Below, piece after piece: positions 28,701 through 37,460 of a DNA stretch of 64,000 nt. The stretch is from NCBI GenBank assembly GCA_044867525.1, contig JBIOVB010000118.1:22266-86265 (forward strand). The letters are read 5' to 3'. The notes below the pieces were generated by a model. It searched no databases. It saw nothing but the letters and a program-made list of their open reading frames with translations, and was not told where the DNA came from. Every line of letters starts with the position of its first letter. Position 1 is the stretch's first letter. The DNA comes from Acidimicrobiia bacterium (lineage in GTDB: Bacteria > Actinomycetota > Acidimicrobiia > Spongiisociales > ZC4RG35). Both the position numbers and the translations under genes were made by a program.

Positions 28701-29127
28701 AGAGGCCGTGCTGCTCGAGTTCGACAGGCTGAGCAGCCGCGGGGGCGTGCTCGGCGCCATGGAACGTCAGTACCAACGGACCAAGATCCAAGAGGAGTCG
28801 CTCTACTACGAGCAGGAGAAGGAAGCAGGCCGCTACCCGGTGGTGGGGGTCAACACATTTGTTTCCAAGGAGGGATCGCCGTTCGTCATCCCGAAGGAAT
28901 TGATCCGCTCCACGGATGCGGACAAGGACCGCCAGATCGCAAACGTGCGCGCCTTTCGGGAGCGAAACAAGGACCGTGCGCGCCAAGCCCTCGACGACCT
29001 GCAGCGGGTGGCTGTCGCCGGGGGAAACGTCTTCGCCCAGCTCATGGAGACCGCGAAGGTGGCCTCACTGGGCCAGATGAGCCATGCCCTCTACGAGGTC
29101 GGTGGGCGCTACCGGCGCAACATGTAA
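25780..29127 (+). CDS. icmF: fused isobutyryl-CoA mutase IcmF (B12-binding + MeaB-like GTPase + mutase domains)
   Basis: 1115 aa. N-terminal DGHDASIN B12 motif, P-loop [10 protein letters not shown]-terminal methylmalonyl-CoA-mutase-like TIM barrel. Confidence 0.9.
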   Translation: MTGGPRENQPGTENRVRFVTATTLFDGHDASINIFRRILQASGAEVVHLGHNRSGLDIVEAAIEEDAHAIAVTSYQGGHMEFYKYLRDLLVERGSGHIRLFGGGGGTILPVEAEELAGYGVTRIYSPDDGREMGLQGMVSDMISRADFPLGELGEDFDMTGLGTDRPAAVARLISAAENYGEKYADVFEKVEAAAVASAAPVIGVTGTGGSGKSSLVDELIRRLLLDFDGLRVAIISVDPTKRRSGGALLGDRIRMNSLPHPRAYMRSLATRQANLALSPHVHRAIDVVKAAGFDLVILETSGIGQSDTEIVDFCDLSVYVMTPEYGAATQLEKIDMLDFADLVAINKADKQGAADALRDVRKQFQRNHLAFGDDPAQLPVYLTVASDFNDPGTNRFYRAFIAELGRHFLALESTLDMPLTDTAKQHVVPPERTRYLAEVVEAIRDYDRWASEQAEAADAIYRLQGAAQSGAEVADLLAEAQERLDAENRRALERWEGMVAEYGGTEFIYHVRGREIRVPLFHETLSHTRVPRVALPRYRSWGDRLRWLLQENLPGEFPFTAGVFPFKRMEEDPARMFAGEGPSEQTNRRFHYLAADTPAKRLSTAFDSVTLYGEDPHERPDIYGKVGNSGVSIATLDDAKKLYSGFDLSDPATSVSMTINGPAPMILAFFLNAAVDQACETYITEHDMWTEVEGKVAALLGDSTPPRYWGDLPEGNDGLGLRLLGVSGDQVLPTDVYDRIRAETVARVRGTVQADILKEDQAQNTCIFSTEFALRMMGDIQQWFVDNEVRNFYSVSISGYHMAEAGANPVTQLAFTLANGLTYVENYLARGMEIDAFAPSLSFFFSNGIDAEYAVIGRVARRIWAKAIKHRYGGNERSQKLKYHVQTSGRSLHAQEISFNDIRTTLQALYAIYDNTNSLHTNAYDEAITTPTEESVRRAVAIQLIINRELGLTKNENPLQGSFIIEELTDLVEEAVLLEFDRLSSRGGVLGAMERQYQRTKIQEESLYYEQEKEAGRYPVVGVNTFVSKEGSPFVIPKELIRSTDADKDRQIANVRAFRERNKDRARQALDDLQRVAVAGGNVFAQLMETAKVASLGQMSHALYEVGGRYRRNM

Positions 29128-29161
29128 CACGGGGTTTGACCCGCCGCCCCCCATTGCAATA

Positions 29162-29179
29162 CGATACGGTCTCGTATCG
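29162..29179. promoter_or_regulatory. 7-4-7 inverted repeat CGATACG-GTCT-CGTATCG upstream of the MFS gene (candidate TetR operator)
   Basis: Perfect palindrome arms 14 nt upstream of the MFS ATG. A TetR gene is co-transcribed downstream. Confidence 0.4.
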
Positions 29180-29192
29180 AAATAAGGGACGC

Positions 29193-30743
29193 ATGGACAC
29201 CGAAACGATCTACCGCAGACGCTGGGCCACCCTGGGGGTGCTCTCCCTGAGCCTGGTCATCATCGGGCTCGACAACACCATCCTCAATGTCGCCCTCCCC
29301 ACCCTGGTTAGAGAACTGGGAGCCACCCAGAGCCAACTGCAGTGGATGGTCGACGCCTACATCCTGGTGTTTGCCGGGCTCTTGCTCACGATGGGGGCGC
29401 TCGGCGACCGATTCGGGCGCAAGCGGGCGCTGACCGTCGGACTGGTGATCTTCGGCCTCAGCTCGGTGGCGGCGGCATTCGCCGACTCGGCAAACACGCT
29501 GATCGCGGCCCGCGCCGTCATGGGGGTGGGCGGAGCGCTCATCATGCCCGCCACGCTCTCCATCATCACCAATGTGTTCTCCGGGCCGGAGAGGGGTCGT
29601 GCGATCGCGGCGTGGGCTGCGGTGGCCGGACTGGGGATCATCCTGGGCCCCGTGCTCGGAGGGTGGCTGCTCGAGAACTACTGGTGGGGATCGGTCTTCC
29701 TGATCAACGTATTCGTGGTGGCGATTGCCATCGCCCTCGGGTTCTTCCTGGTCCCGGAGTCCAAAGACCCCCAGGCCACCCCGCTGGATCCGGTCGGCGC
29801 CACCCTCTCCATCGTGGGCCTGGTGGCGCTGGTATATGCCATCATCGAGGCGCCGAGCAGGGGCTGGACCGACCCGCTGGTACTCGGAGGCTTCGTAGTG
29901 GCGGCGATCCTGATCGGGGTCTTCCTCTGGTGGGAGAACCGGGTCGAACACCCGATGCTCCAGCTCTCGTTCTTCGAGAACCCGCGCTTCAGCGCAGCCA
30001 GCATCGCGATCACCCTGGTGTTCTTCGCCATGTTCGGCACGGTGTTCCTCAACACCCAGTACCTCCAGTTCGTCCTCGGCTATTCACCGCTCGAGGCCGG
30101 GTTCAGGGTGATGCCGGTAGCGACCATGATCGTGGCCGCCCCCCTCTCGGCGAGGTTCGCTGAGAGGTTTGGCACCAAACGGGTGGTGACAACCGGGTTG
30201 GTGATCGTGGCGTTGGCGATGTCGATTCTGGCCACGATCACCGTGGACACCGGTTACGGCCGGGTTGCCCTGGCTCTCGCCATCCTCGGCGCCGGCATGG
30301 GGACCGCGATGGCGCCGGCAACCGAGTCGATCATGGGCTCGCTTCCCCTCGCCAAGGCGGGAGTGGGCTCGGCGATGAACGACACCACGCGTCAGATCGG
30401 GGGCGCGCTCGGGGTGGCGATCCTGGGGAGCATCCTTGCCTCTTCGTACAGCCAGGCGATGGCACCCGTGGTGGCCAACCTCCCCGCCGAAGCGGCAGAG
30501 GTCGCCGGAGACTCGGTGGGCGGGGCGATGGCGGTGGCCAACCAGATCGGGGAGGCGGGCGCCAGGCTGGCCGATGCCGCATCTGCTGCCTTCATCGGCG
30601 GGATGGAAGCGGCGGTCTGGGTGGCGGCCGGGGTGGCCTTGCTCGGTGCAGTGGTGACCTTCCTGTGGCTCCCGGCACGCGGGGCCGATCACAACGAGCC
30701 GTCCGCTGTCCCCGGCGACCCGGCGGAGCGTGCCGCCACTTGA
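29193..30743 (+). CDS. MFS transporter, DHA2 (EmrB/QacA, 14-TMS) drug-efflux type
   Basis: ATG 29193 (MDTETIYRRRWATLGVLSLSLVIIGLDNTILNVALP...). The longer ORF-track frame upstream is an out-of-frame read-through of icmF. Confidence 0.88.
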   Translation: MDTETIYRRRWATLGVLSLSLVIIGLDNTILNVALPTLVRELGATQSQLQWMVDAYILVFAGLLLTMGALGDRFGRKRALTVGLVIFGLSSVAAAFADSANTLIAARAVMGVGGALIMPATLSIITNVFSGPERGRAIAAWAAVAGLGIILGPVLGGWLLENYWWGSVFLINVFVVAIAIALGFFLVPESKDPQATPLDPVGATLSIVGLVALVYAIIEAPSRGWTDPLVLGGFVVAAILIGVFLWWENRVEHPMLQLSFFENPRFSAASIAITLVFFAMFGTVFLNTQYLQFVLGYSPLEAGFRVMPVATMIVAAPLSARFAERFGTKRVVTTGLVIVALAMSILATITVDTGYGRVALALAILGAGMGTAMAPATESIMGSLPLAKAGVGSAMNDTTRQIGGALGVAILGSILASSYSQAMAPVVANLPAEAAEVAGDSVGGAMAVANQIGEAGARLADAASAAFIGGMEAAVWVAAGVALLGAVVTFLWLPARGADHNEPSAVPGDPAERAAT

Positions 30744-31339
30744 CCGGACAGGAGACCCCTACCCGAGGCCGCCCCCGAGATGCATCCGTCTCCCCGGCGA
30801 TACTGAACGCCGCCCTCGAACTCGTCGAGACAGTGGGTCTCGGTGCCCTGAGCATCGATGCCATCGCCGCCCGAGCCGGGGTGAGCAAGGCCACGATCTA
30901 CAGGCGTTGGAGCTCAAAAGAGGAGCTCGTAGTCGACGCCATCGCCAACCTGGTGACGACGGTCCACCTGGAGCGGACAGGGAACCTCAGGGAAGATCTC
31001 GTGACCACGCTGCGACGGCTGCGGACATTCATGTCGCAGTTCCGGGGGGGATCCATCTTCCCCTGGCTCGTGGGTGAGGTCGCGGCAGGCTCGGACCTGG
31101 GACGGCGCTACGCCGACACCGTGATCCTGCCTCGACGCCGGGCGCTGGTGGCGATGATCACCGAGGCCATCGAGCGAGGAGAGCTTCGCTCCGATCTCGA
31201 CGTGGAGGTCGCGGTGGACATGATCACCGGGCCTGCCATCCTCAGGAAGCTGTTCGGGCCGATGCTCCCCGCGGACCCGGCTTGGGAGGAGAAGATCGTG
31301 GATGCCCTGCTCCTGGGCTGGTGCGTCGAAACCAGCTGA
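30740..31339 (+). CDS. TetR/AcrR family transcriptional regulator
   Basis: TTG 30740 overlaps the MFS stop. HTH LSIDAIAARAGVSKATIYRRWSSKEEL. Confidence 0.85.
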   Translation: MTGQETPTRGRPRDASVSPAILNAALELVETVGLGALSIDAIAARAGVSKATIYRRWSSKEELVVDAIANLVTTVHLERTGNLREDLVTTLRRLRTFMSQFRGGSIFPWLVGEVAAGSDLGRRYADTVILPRRRALVAMITEAIERGELRSDLDVEVAVDMITGPAILRKLFGPMLPADPAWEEKIVDALLLGWCVETS

Positions 31340-31342
31340 AGG

Positions 31343-32593
31343 TCAGCGGCGATCGCGGTGCTGGGCGGCCCGGGCGTGTGCCTCCAGGCCCTCGAGCCGG
31401 GCGAGGAGGACGGTGTCGTCGACCAACAGAGTCGGGTCGTCGAGGCGGGACCAGGTCGGGGATCGGAGGAACGTGAGCACGGAGAGCCCGGATTGGTACC
31501 GGGCCCCACCACCTGTCGGCAGGACATGATTGGGGCCGACCCCATAGTCGGCGAAAGCCTCGGCACTGTCTCCGCCGAGGAACAGCGACCCGTACGAGCC
31601 CAGCTCCCGTGCCAATCCCTCCGGGTCCTCCACGTGGAGGGCCAGGTGCTCGGGGGCGAGACGGTCAGAGGCAGCCCTCGCCTCGTCCAGGGTCCCCACC
31701 ACCAGGTAGTGGCCATTTCCCAGCGCCTCCCCGGCGATCTCTGACGTCGGCAGGTCGGTGAGCTGAGCGGTGAGCGCCCGGTCCACCTCGTCGACCATGC
31801 GCGGCGAGGTGGTGATCAGCAGGGGCAGCGCATCGACGTCGTGCTCGGCCTGGGCGAGCAGATCGGCGGCAACCCGGTGCGGGTCGGCCGTTTCGTCGGC
31901 GATTACCAGGATCTCGCTTGGACCGGCCAGGCCATCGATTCCGATCTCACCGTACAGGTGCTTCTTGGCCGCGGTCACCCAGCGGTTGCCAGGGCCGACG
32001 ATGAGATCACACTCGGGAGACACCGTGCCGAAGGCCAAGGCGGCAACTGCCTGGGCTCCGCCGACCGCGAGCAACCCGTCTGCTCCGGCCAGCGCCGCGG
32101 CCGCCTGCATCACCCGACCCGGCCTGGGAGATGCGACCCAGACCTGGCTCACACCGGCGATCCGGGCCGGGACCACCGTCATGAGCACCGTTGAGGGGAG
32201 CGGATAGCGCCCGCCGGGGGCGTAGGCACCGGCGGAGCCCACCGGGACCCAGCGATGACCCGCTCGGCCCCCGACTACCTCGAGATCGAGGTCGCGGAGC
32301 CCTTCCCGCTGGGCCTCTGCGAAGCGGGAAATGCGGTCCCTGACCCGGATGAGCGTCTCCTGCTCGGCGGTCGGAAGCCCTTCCAGAGCGCCTTCCAGCT
32401 CGGCGCGCGGGATGACGATTGGCCCTCCTGGGTCGAGGTCATCGAGGCGTGCCCCATGCTCGCGAAGCGCCGCCTCACCACGAGAGCGCACGTCTTCGAC
32501 GATCGCCGCCGCCTCGGCCAGTGTCTTCGGGTCAACCGGGCGTCGCTCATCCCGGCGTCCGGAGAAGGCCGCGGGCTGGAGCCACCGGGTCAT
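31343..32593 (-). CDS. hisD: histidinol dehydrogenase
   Basis: 416 aa. Full-length HisD-like sequence. Last gene of the his operon, 4-nt overlap upstream. Confidence 0.93.
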   Translation of the reverse strand: MTRWLQPAAFSGRRDERRPVDPKTLAEAAAIVEDVRSRGEAALREHGARLDDLDPGGPIVIPRAELEGALEGLPTAEQETLIRVRDRISRFAEAQREGLRDLDLEVVGGRAGHRWVPVGSAGAYAPGGRYPLPSTVLMTVVPARIAGVSQVWVASPRPGRVMQAAAALAGADGLLAVGGAQAVAALAFGTVSPECDLIVGPGNRWVTAAKKHLYGEIGIDGLAGPSEILVIADETADPHRVAADLLAQAEHDVDALPLLITTSPRMVDEVDRALTAQLTDLPTSEIAGEALGNGHYLVVGTLDEARAASDRLAPEHLALHVEDPEGLARELGSYGSLFLGGDSAEAFADYGVGPNHVLPTGGGARYQSGLSVLTFLRSPTWSRLDDPTLLVDDTVLLARLEGLEAHARAAQHRDRR

Positions 32594-33852
32594 CTCTGCT
32601 CCTTGGCGACCATGGGCCGCCGGGTCACCCTGAGCGCCCTGCGGTCCAGTTCCGATTCCACATCGAAAACGGATATCCCGGCAGACGCTGCCTTTACCAG
32701 CAGGAAATAGAGGAGGTCGGCGGTCTCCGCGATCACCGACTCGTGGTCGTCCGCCGACGCCAGCTCTCCGGCCTCCTCTATCAGCTTGGCCGCCAGCAGC
32801 GCCGGGTCCTGGAGGAGCCGGGACGTGTTGGAGCCGGGGTCAGGGCGGTCGGAGATCATGCGGATCCGGCGTTCGAGACGGGCCAGGCCCCCATCATCGC
32901 CCCAACAGCTGTGATTGCCGACGTGACAGAAGCCGGGCCCATGCTGGCGCACTCTGAAGAGGAGCGTGTCCCGATCACAGTCGACCTCGACCGTGAGCAG
33001 CTCCTGGGTCGCCCCCGAAGTCTCCCCCTTGACCCATGTGCCCCGGGACCGGCTCTGATAGATGCCACGTCGCTCGTCGAGGGCCCGGGCCAGGCTCTCG
33101 GCACTGGACCAGACCAAGCCGAGGGCACGACCCGCCTCGTCGACGACCACGGTCGGCCACAGGCCGTCTGCCCGATCGGATCGGAGGACCGCGGACACTG
33201 CATCCCCCAGTGTCAGGTCGCCCGTGTAGAGAGCCATCCCGACCTGGGAGTCGGCTCCAATTGTGTCGAGGGCAGCGATCTCGGCTGCGGACGTGATGCC
33301 TCCGGCGATGGTTACCCGGGCTGGGCCGGCGGCAGCGATCACCTGCCGGGCACGATCGAGGTCGGTCCCCTGAAGACGGCCCTCCCGCTCCACGAAGGTC
33401 ACCAGAAAGCCTCCGCAGAGGTCTTTCAACTCGCCTATCCCATCGAGCAGGGCCCGGCCCGTCGCGTGCCGCCATCCGTGGCTGAGGACGATCCCGTCCC
33501 TGGAATCGAGCGCGACAATGACTCGGTCGGAGGGCAGGGCGGCCAGGAGATCCGGGCTGGCGGCTGTCCCGATGATGATTCGCTCCGCGCCGTCGTCGAG
33601 CCAGCGGATCGCGGTCTCCAGATCCCGGATCCCGCCGCCCACTCGGACTCTCCCCCGGCGGCACAGCTCCCGGACGACGTCGCGGTTCTCACCCTCGCCC
33701 CTGGCGGAATCGATGTCGACCACGGCCACTTCGCCCGTTACAGAGAACCTCTCGAACAGGGGGAAGGGATCTCCGGCTTCGATGGCAAGCGTTTCGCCTC
33801 CGATCAGTTGCACCGCCTGACCCCGTGATATGTCGATCGAGGGGATGATCAC
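32590..33852 (-). CDS. hisA-hisIE: tri-domain fusion: HisA-type ProFAR isomerase + HisI (PR-AMP cyclohydrolase) + HisE (PR-ATP pyrophosphatase)
   Basis: GTG 33852 overlaps the hisF stop. VIIPSIDISRGQAVQL.../GGGIRD (HisA). SRSRGTWVKGETSG...DCDRDTLLFRV..CH (HisI). EEAGEL..ETADLLYFLLV (HisE). Confidence 0.85.
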   Translation of the reverse strand: MIIPSIDISRGQAVQLIGGETLAIEAGDPFPLFERFSVTGEVAVVDIDSARGEGENRDVVRELCRRGRVRVGGGIRDLETAIRWLDDGAERIIIGTAASPDLLAALPSDRVIVALDSRDGIVLSHGWRHATGRALLDGIGELKDLCGGFLVTFVEREGRLQGTDLDRARQVIAAAGPARVTIAGGITSAAEIAALDTIGADSQVGMALYTGDLTLGDAVSAVLRSDRADGLWPTVVVDEAGRALGLVWSSAESLARALDERRGIYQSRSRGTWVKGETSGATQELLTVEVDCDRDTLLFRVRQHGPGFCHVGNHSCWGDDGGLARLERRIRMISDRPDPGSNTSRLLQDPALLAAKLIEEAGELASADDHESVIAETADLLYFLLVKAASAGISVFDVESELDRRALRVTRRPMVAKEQR

Positions 33853-34604
33853 GGGCGCACCAGCACATCCGCATCGGCCAGGGAGCGCTTGAGATCGGCG
33901 ACCGTGGTGTCGCCATCGTGGAGGATGGAGGCGATGAGCGCCGCCGATGCTCCGGCCTCGAGGGCTTCGACCAGATGCCGTGCGACGTTGGCGCCTCCGG
34001 ATGCGATGACCGGGACCGGAATGGACCCAGCGACCGCTCTGATCAGATCGAGGTCGTAGCCGTCCCTGGTCCCGTCCCGATCCCAACTGGTGAGCAGGAT
34101 CTCGCCGGCGCCCTCGCCGACGGCAGACGCGCACCAATCGTTGACGTCGATGCCGGTTCGGTTTCGCCCACTTTCCACCACGACCTCCCATCCCGCCCCG
34201 GTGCTAGCGGCGTCGACCGCGACCACCGTGCATTGCGAGCCGAATCGGCCGGCAATCTCGTTGATCAGCACCGGGTGCGCCACCGCCGCGGTGTTGATCC
34301 CGACCTTGTCCGCTCCAGCCTCGAGGAGGCGGCCGGCATCATCCGCCTCACGCACTCCACCTCCGACCGTGAGCGGTATCGAAAGGGCGGACCGCACCCG
34401 TCGCACCGTCTCCAAGCCGTGGCCCCGACCCTCGGGGGTCGCCGAGACGTCGAGGAGGACGATCTCATCCGCGCCCTGCTCCTCGTACAGGGCCGCGCTA
34501 TCCGTTGGGTCACCCGCATCGCGCAGGCTCTGGAACCGGACACCCTTGACCACCCGTCCGTCCTTGATGTCGAGGCACGGAATGACTCGGGCCGCGAGGC
34601 TCAC
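33849..34604 (-). CDS. hisF: imidazole glycerol phosphate synthase, cyclase subunit
   Basis: GTG 34604 overlaps the hisH stop. RVIPCLDIKDGRVVKG... canonical HisF. The upstream part of the 505-aa ORF is spurious. Confidence 0.93.
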   Translation of the reverse strand: MSLAARVIPCLDIKDGRVVKGVRFQSLRDAGDPTDSAALYEEQGADEIVLLDVSATPEGRGHGLETVRRVRSALSIPLTVGGGVREADDAGRLLEAGADKVGINTAAVAHPVLINEIAGRFGSQCTVVAVDAASTGAGWEVVVESGRNRTGIDVNDWCASAVGEGAGEILLTSWDRDGTRDGYDLDLIRAVAGSIPVPVIASGGANVARHLVEALEAGASAALIASILHDGDTTVADLKRSLADADVLVRP

Positions 34605-35209
34605 CCCGCCTCCCCGGTGGTTTCCAGCCAGCGCTCCAGGAGCCGGCTGCCCCAGGCGCCGGATAGCTCGGGATGGAACTGGCAGGCGAGAACGGCACCA
34701 CGATGCATCGCCGAGACGAATCCGCCCCCGTAGTCGGTGACCGCGGTGTCCCAGCCTGCTGGTGGGTGCGCCAGTCGATACGAGTTGGCGAAATAGGCCC
34801 ATCCCGGCTCGATCAGCGACGAATCGGGCTCCGGTGCCACCAGGTTCCATCCCAGTTGGGGGACCTTCACCGACCCGGGAAATCGGCCAACCTTCTCCGG
34901 AACAAGGTCGAGCCCGATTGCACCAGGGCTCTCCTCGCTCTCGGCGCACAGAATTTGCATCCCGACGCAGACCGCCAGGGTGGGCCTGCCGGCCGTCAGG
35001 CGCTCCCGCAGTGCCTCGCGGATGCCGAGCCGGTCGATGGCGCTCACCGCGGCCCCGAACGCGCCGACACCGGGGACCACCACCCAGCGCGAGCGATCGA
35101 CGACGTTGCGATCCGCCGCTTCGACCGGGACCCGGCCGAGACGGCCGAACGCGGCGGCCACCGATGCCAGGTTTGCGGTGCCGGTGGGGACGATCGCCAC
35201 CTCGGTCAT
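34601..35209 (-). CDS. hisH: imidazole glycerol phosphate synthase, glutamine amidotransferase subunit
   Basis: 202 aa. Class I GATase (GVCVGMQ-type nucleophile elbow, FHPE). Confidence 0.92.
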   Translation of the reverse strand: MTEVAIVPTGTANLASVAAAFGRLGRVPVEAADRNVVDRSRWVVVPGVGAFGAAVSAIDRLGIREALRERLTAGRPTLAVCVGMQILCAESEESPGAIGLDLVPEKVGRFPGSVKVPQLGWNLVAPEPDSSLIEPGWAYFANSYRLAHPPAGWDTAVTDYGGGFVSAMHRGAVLACQFHPELSGAWGSRLLERWLETTGEAG

Positions 35210-35790
35210 CCCAGAGACCCCTTGGTGCTGGGCACATCGGTTCCCGAGATCGCGACCGCCGACCGGAGAGACATGGCCACAGCCTTGAACGCCGCCTCAG
35301 CCTTGTGGTGGTCGTTGTCCCCGCGCAGCAGGTCGACATGGAGCGCCATCCGGGACTCCAGGGCAAAGGAGCGCAAGAAATGGATCAGGTTTTCGGTTGC
35401 CACGTCACCGACCTTCTCCCGTGTGAACGCGATGGAGATCTCCGGCCAGGGCCTCCCGGACAGATCGACGACCGCCCGGCACAGCGACTCGTCGAGTGGT
35501 GCATAGGCGTGGCCGAATCGTCTGATCCCGGCGCGGTCACCGAGGGCGTCGTCCAGCGTCCGGCCCAGGGAGAGGGCGCAGTCCTCGACAGTGTGGTGAT
35601 CGTCGATGTGGGTGTCCCCGTCCGCCACCATCTCCAGGTCGAAGCCGCTGTGCTTGGCGAGGGCACCGAGCATGTGATCGAGGAAGCCCAGGCCGGTCTT
35701 GATGTCGGCCCGCCCCGTACCTTCGAGCTCGAGCCGGCACTTGATGCTGGTCTCGGAGGTCTCCCGAGTCGTCTCTGCGCTTCGAGTCAT
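35206..35790 (-). CDS. hisB: imidazoleglycerol-phosphate dehydratase (monofunctional, no phosphatase domain)
   Basis: 194 aa. IGPD motifs DTHIDDHHTVED and the second His cluster. Confidence 0.93.
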   Translation of the reverse strand: MTRSAETTRETSETSIKCRLELEGTGRADIKTGLGFLDHMLGALAKHSGFDLEMVADGDTHIDDHHTVEDCALSLGRTLDDALGDRAGIRRFGHAYAPLDESLCRAVVDLSGRPWPEISIAFTREKVGDVATENLIHFLRSFALESRMALHVDLLRGDNDHHKAEAAFKAVAMSLRSAVAISGTDVPSTKGSLG

Positions 35791-37460
35791 GGCAACAGTC
35801 CTTCCAGATCGATGGGTTTGTCGAGGATTCGAGCCGCTTTGCGCAGGCTGTCCCGGGCTCGTCGTGGGTCGTCGCCGGGGGCGATCACACCGATCGGGAT
35901 CACCCCAGCGGATCGAGCGGCAGTGATGTCGTCGGGGGTGTCCCCCAACATCCAGGCTGCACTCACGTCGAGCAGCCTGAGCGCGAGCTCGACCGGTGCC
36001 GGGTCCGGCTTGAGCGGAGCGTCGTCCCTGGTGACGAGCACGGTGAACAGGTCGGCGACATCGAACCGGTCGAGGAACTCCTCGGCATCGGCCCGGGGCC
36101 GCCCGGTGACGACCGCAAGTGGGCGAGCGTCCGCCCAGCGGGAAAGTGTCGACCGATCCACCATGAGTGATTCGAGAGCCTTGAGCCCGGGGCGGTCGCC
36201 GCGGCCCTGATAGATGGCTTCGAAGCGCTCCATGACTTCCTGCAACGGGATGTCGGTTCCCCGCCCCGACAGCAAGGACCGGGCCAATTCCCAGTCGTCA
36301 TTGGCATTGCCCTCCGACTTCATATCCTGGATGTCGTCGGGCCCGACATCGACACCGAAGCTGCGCACGGTCTCGAGGATCGCGACCGACTGCGATTGGC
36401 TCACATCGGCAAGCACCCCATCCATGTCGAGGATCAGAGCCTGGGGAGCCAGTGCGGCGCGCAAGGCGGAGATCAGTCTCTCGAACTCGGGCCGGCGCCC
36501 GGGCAGAGTGATCCGGACCGTCCCCTCGAGGTCGCTGCGGCCCGGAAACCATCGCAAGGCAATGCCGAGAGACGCCACCGCGGAGATCAGCAGACCCGCA
36601 TCGCGGCATCGAGCGAGGACGAAGTTCGCCTCAGACGGCAGCGGGCTCGCTCCGAGCTCGCGGAGCAGGTCGGTCAACTCCGACCGCTCGCGCTTCACCT
36701 CCTCGACGAAGGCGGTGAGCTCGGATGTGGGCCATTGCAGCCGCTCCAAGGCGAGTTGGGCCGAGAGAGCGGCAACCGGATAGGGGTTGCCATGCAGCGA
36801 GATGTCGCCGACCAGGTCCGGAGGCCCGAGCAGATACCCGACCCGGAGCCCGGCCAGCCCGTACGCCTTCGACATGGTCCTGACCACCACCACGTTCTCC
36901 AACTCCAGGGCCGCCGGGGTCAGGTCGTTCCCCGCAAACTCGGTATAGGCAGCGTCGAGGACCAGGAGGCGGGCGTCGGCCGCCACTTTTCGCAGGTCGG
37001 ACTCGGTCATCGCGGCCCCGGTCGGGTTGTTGGGCGACACCAGGAACACTGCGTCGGTGCCTTCGGTGATCGAGGCCGTGATCTCCTCCGTTGGCAGATC
37101 ACCCTGCCACCAGGGGATTTCCACCAATTCGGCACCTTGCTGCCCGGCGTAGCGGGCGATCATCTCGAAGGTCGGGGTGGTGGTCACCACCCGCCTTCCC
37201 CGGCCGACCCTCGCCAGGAAACACCGGAACAGTGCGTCGTCCCCGCCGGCGGTGACGAGCACCGAGCCCGGGGGGAGGCCATGGAGGTCGGCCAGTGCTT
37301 GACGGAGAGCACCGATCTCCGGATAGCGGCTGATCGCCGACCCTGGGTCGGCTATTCCCGCAAGGAGATCTCTGGCCCGGGTCATTCCCTCGTTCTTGGA
37401 CAGGTCGAGGTCGATGGGAACGTCGAATCCGGGGGGCAGGTAAGGCGTAGGCCCGCTCAT
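35787..37460 (-). CDS. hisC: histidinol-phosphate aminotransferase fused to a C-terminal HAD-superfamily phosphatase domain
   Basis: 557 aa. PLP-Lys motif TMSKAYGLAGLRVGY (residues about 1-340). HAD motifs LILDMDGVL, VVTGRP, LKPDP, GDTPDD (residues about 341-557). Confidence 0.88.
   Translation of the reverse strand: MSGPTPYLPPGFDVPIDLDLSKNEGMTRARDLLAGIADPGSAISRYPEIGALRQALADLHGLPPGSVLVTAGGDDALFRCFLARVGRGRRVVTTTPTFEMIARYAGQQGAELVEIPWWQGDLPTEEITASITEGTDAVFLVSPNNPTGAAMTESDLRKVAADARLLVLDAAYTEFAGNDLTPAALELENVVVVRTMSKAYGLAGLRVGYLLGPPDLVGDISLHGNPYPVAALSAQLALERLQWPTSELTAFVEEVKRERSELTDLLRELGASPLPSEANFVLARCRDAGLLISAVASLGIALRWFPGRSDLEGTVRITLPGRRPEFERLISALRAALAPQALILDMDGVLADVSQSQSVAILETVRSFGVDVGPDDIQDMKSEGNANDDWELARSLLSGRGTDIPLQEVMERFEAIYQGRGDRPGLKALESLMVDRSTLSRWADARPLAVVTGRPRADAEEFLDRFDVADLFTVLVTRDDAPLKPDPAPVELALRLLDVSAAWMLGDTPDDITAARSAGVIPIGVIAPGDDPRRARDSLRKAARILDKPIDLEGLLP

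Noticed and set aside
27846-29192. Upstream extension of the MFS transporter ORF (965 aa in the ORF track).
   Set aside because: It is an out-of-frame reading through icmF. The MFS homology begins at ATG 29193.
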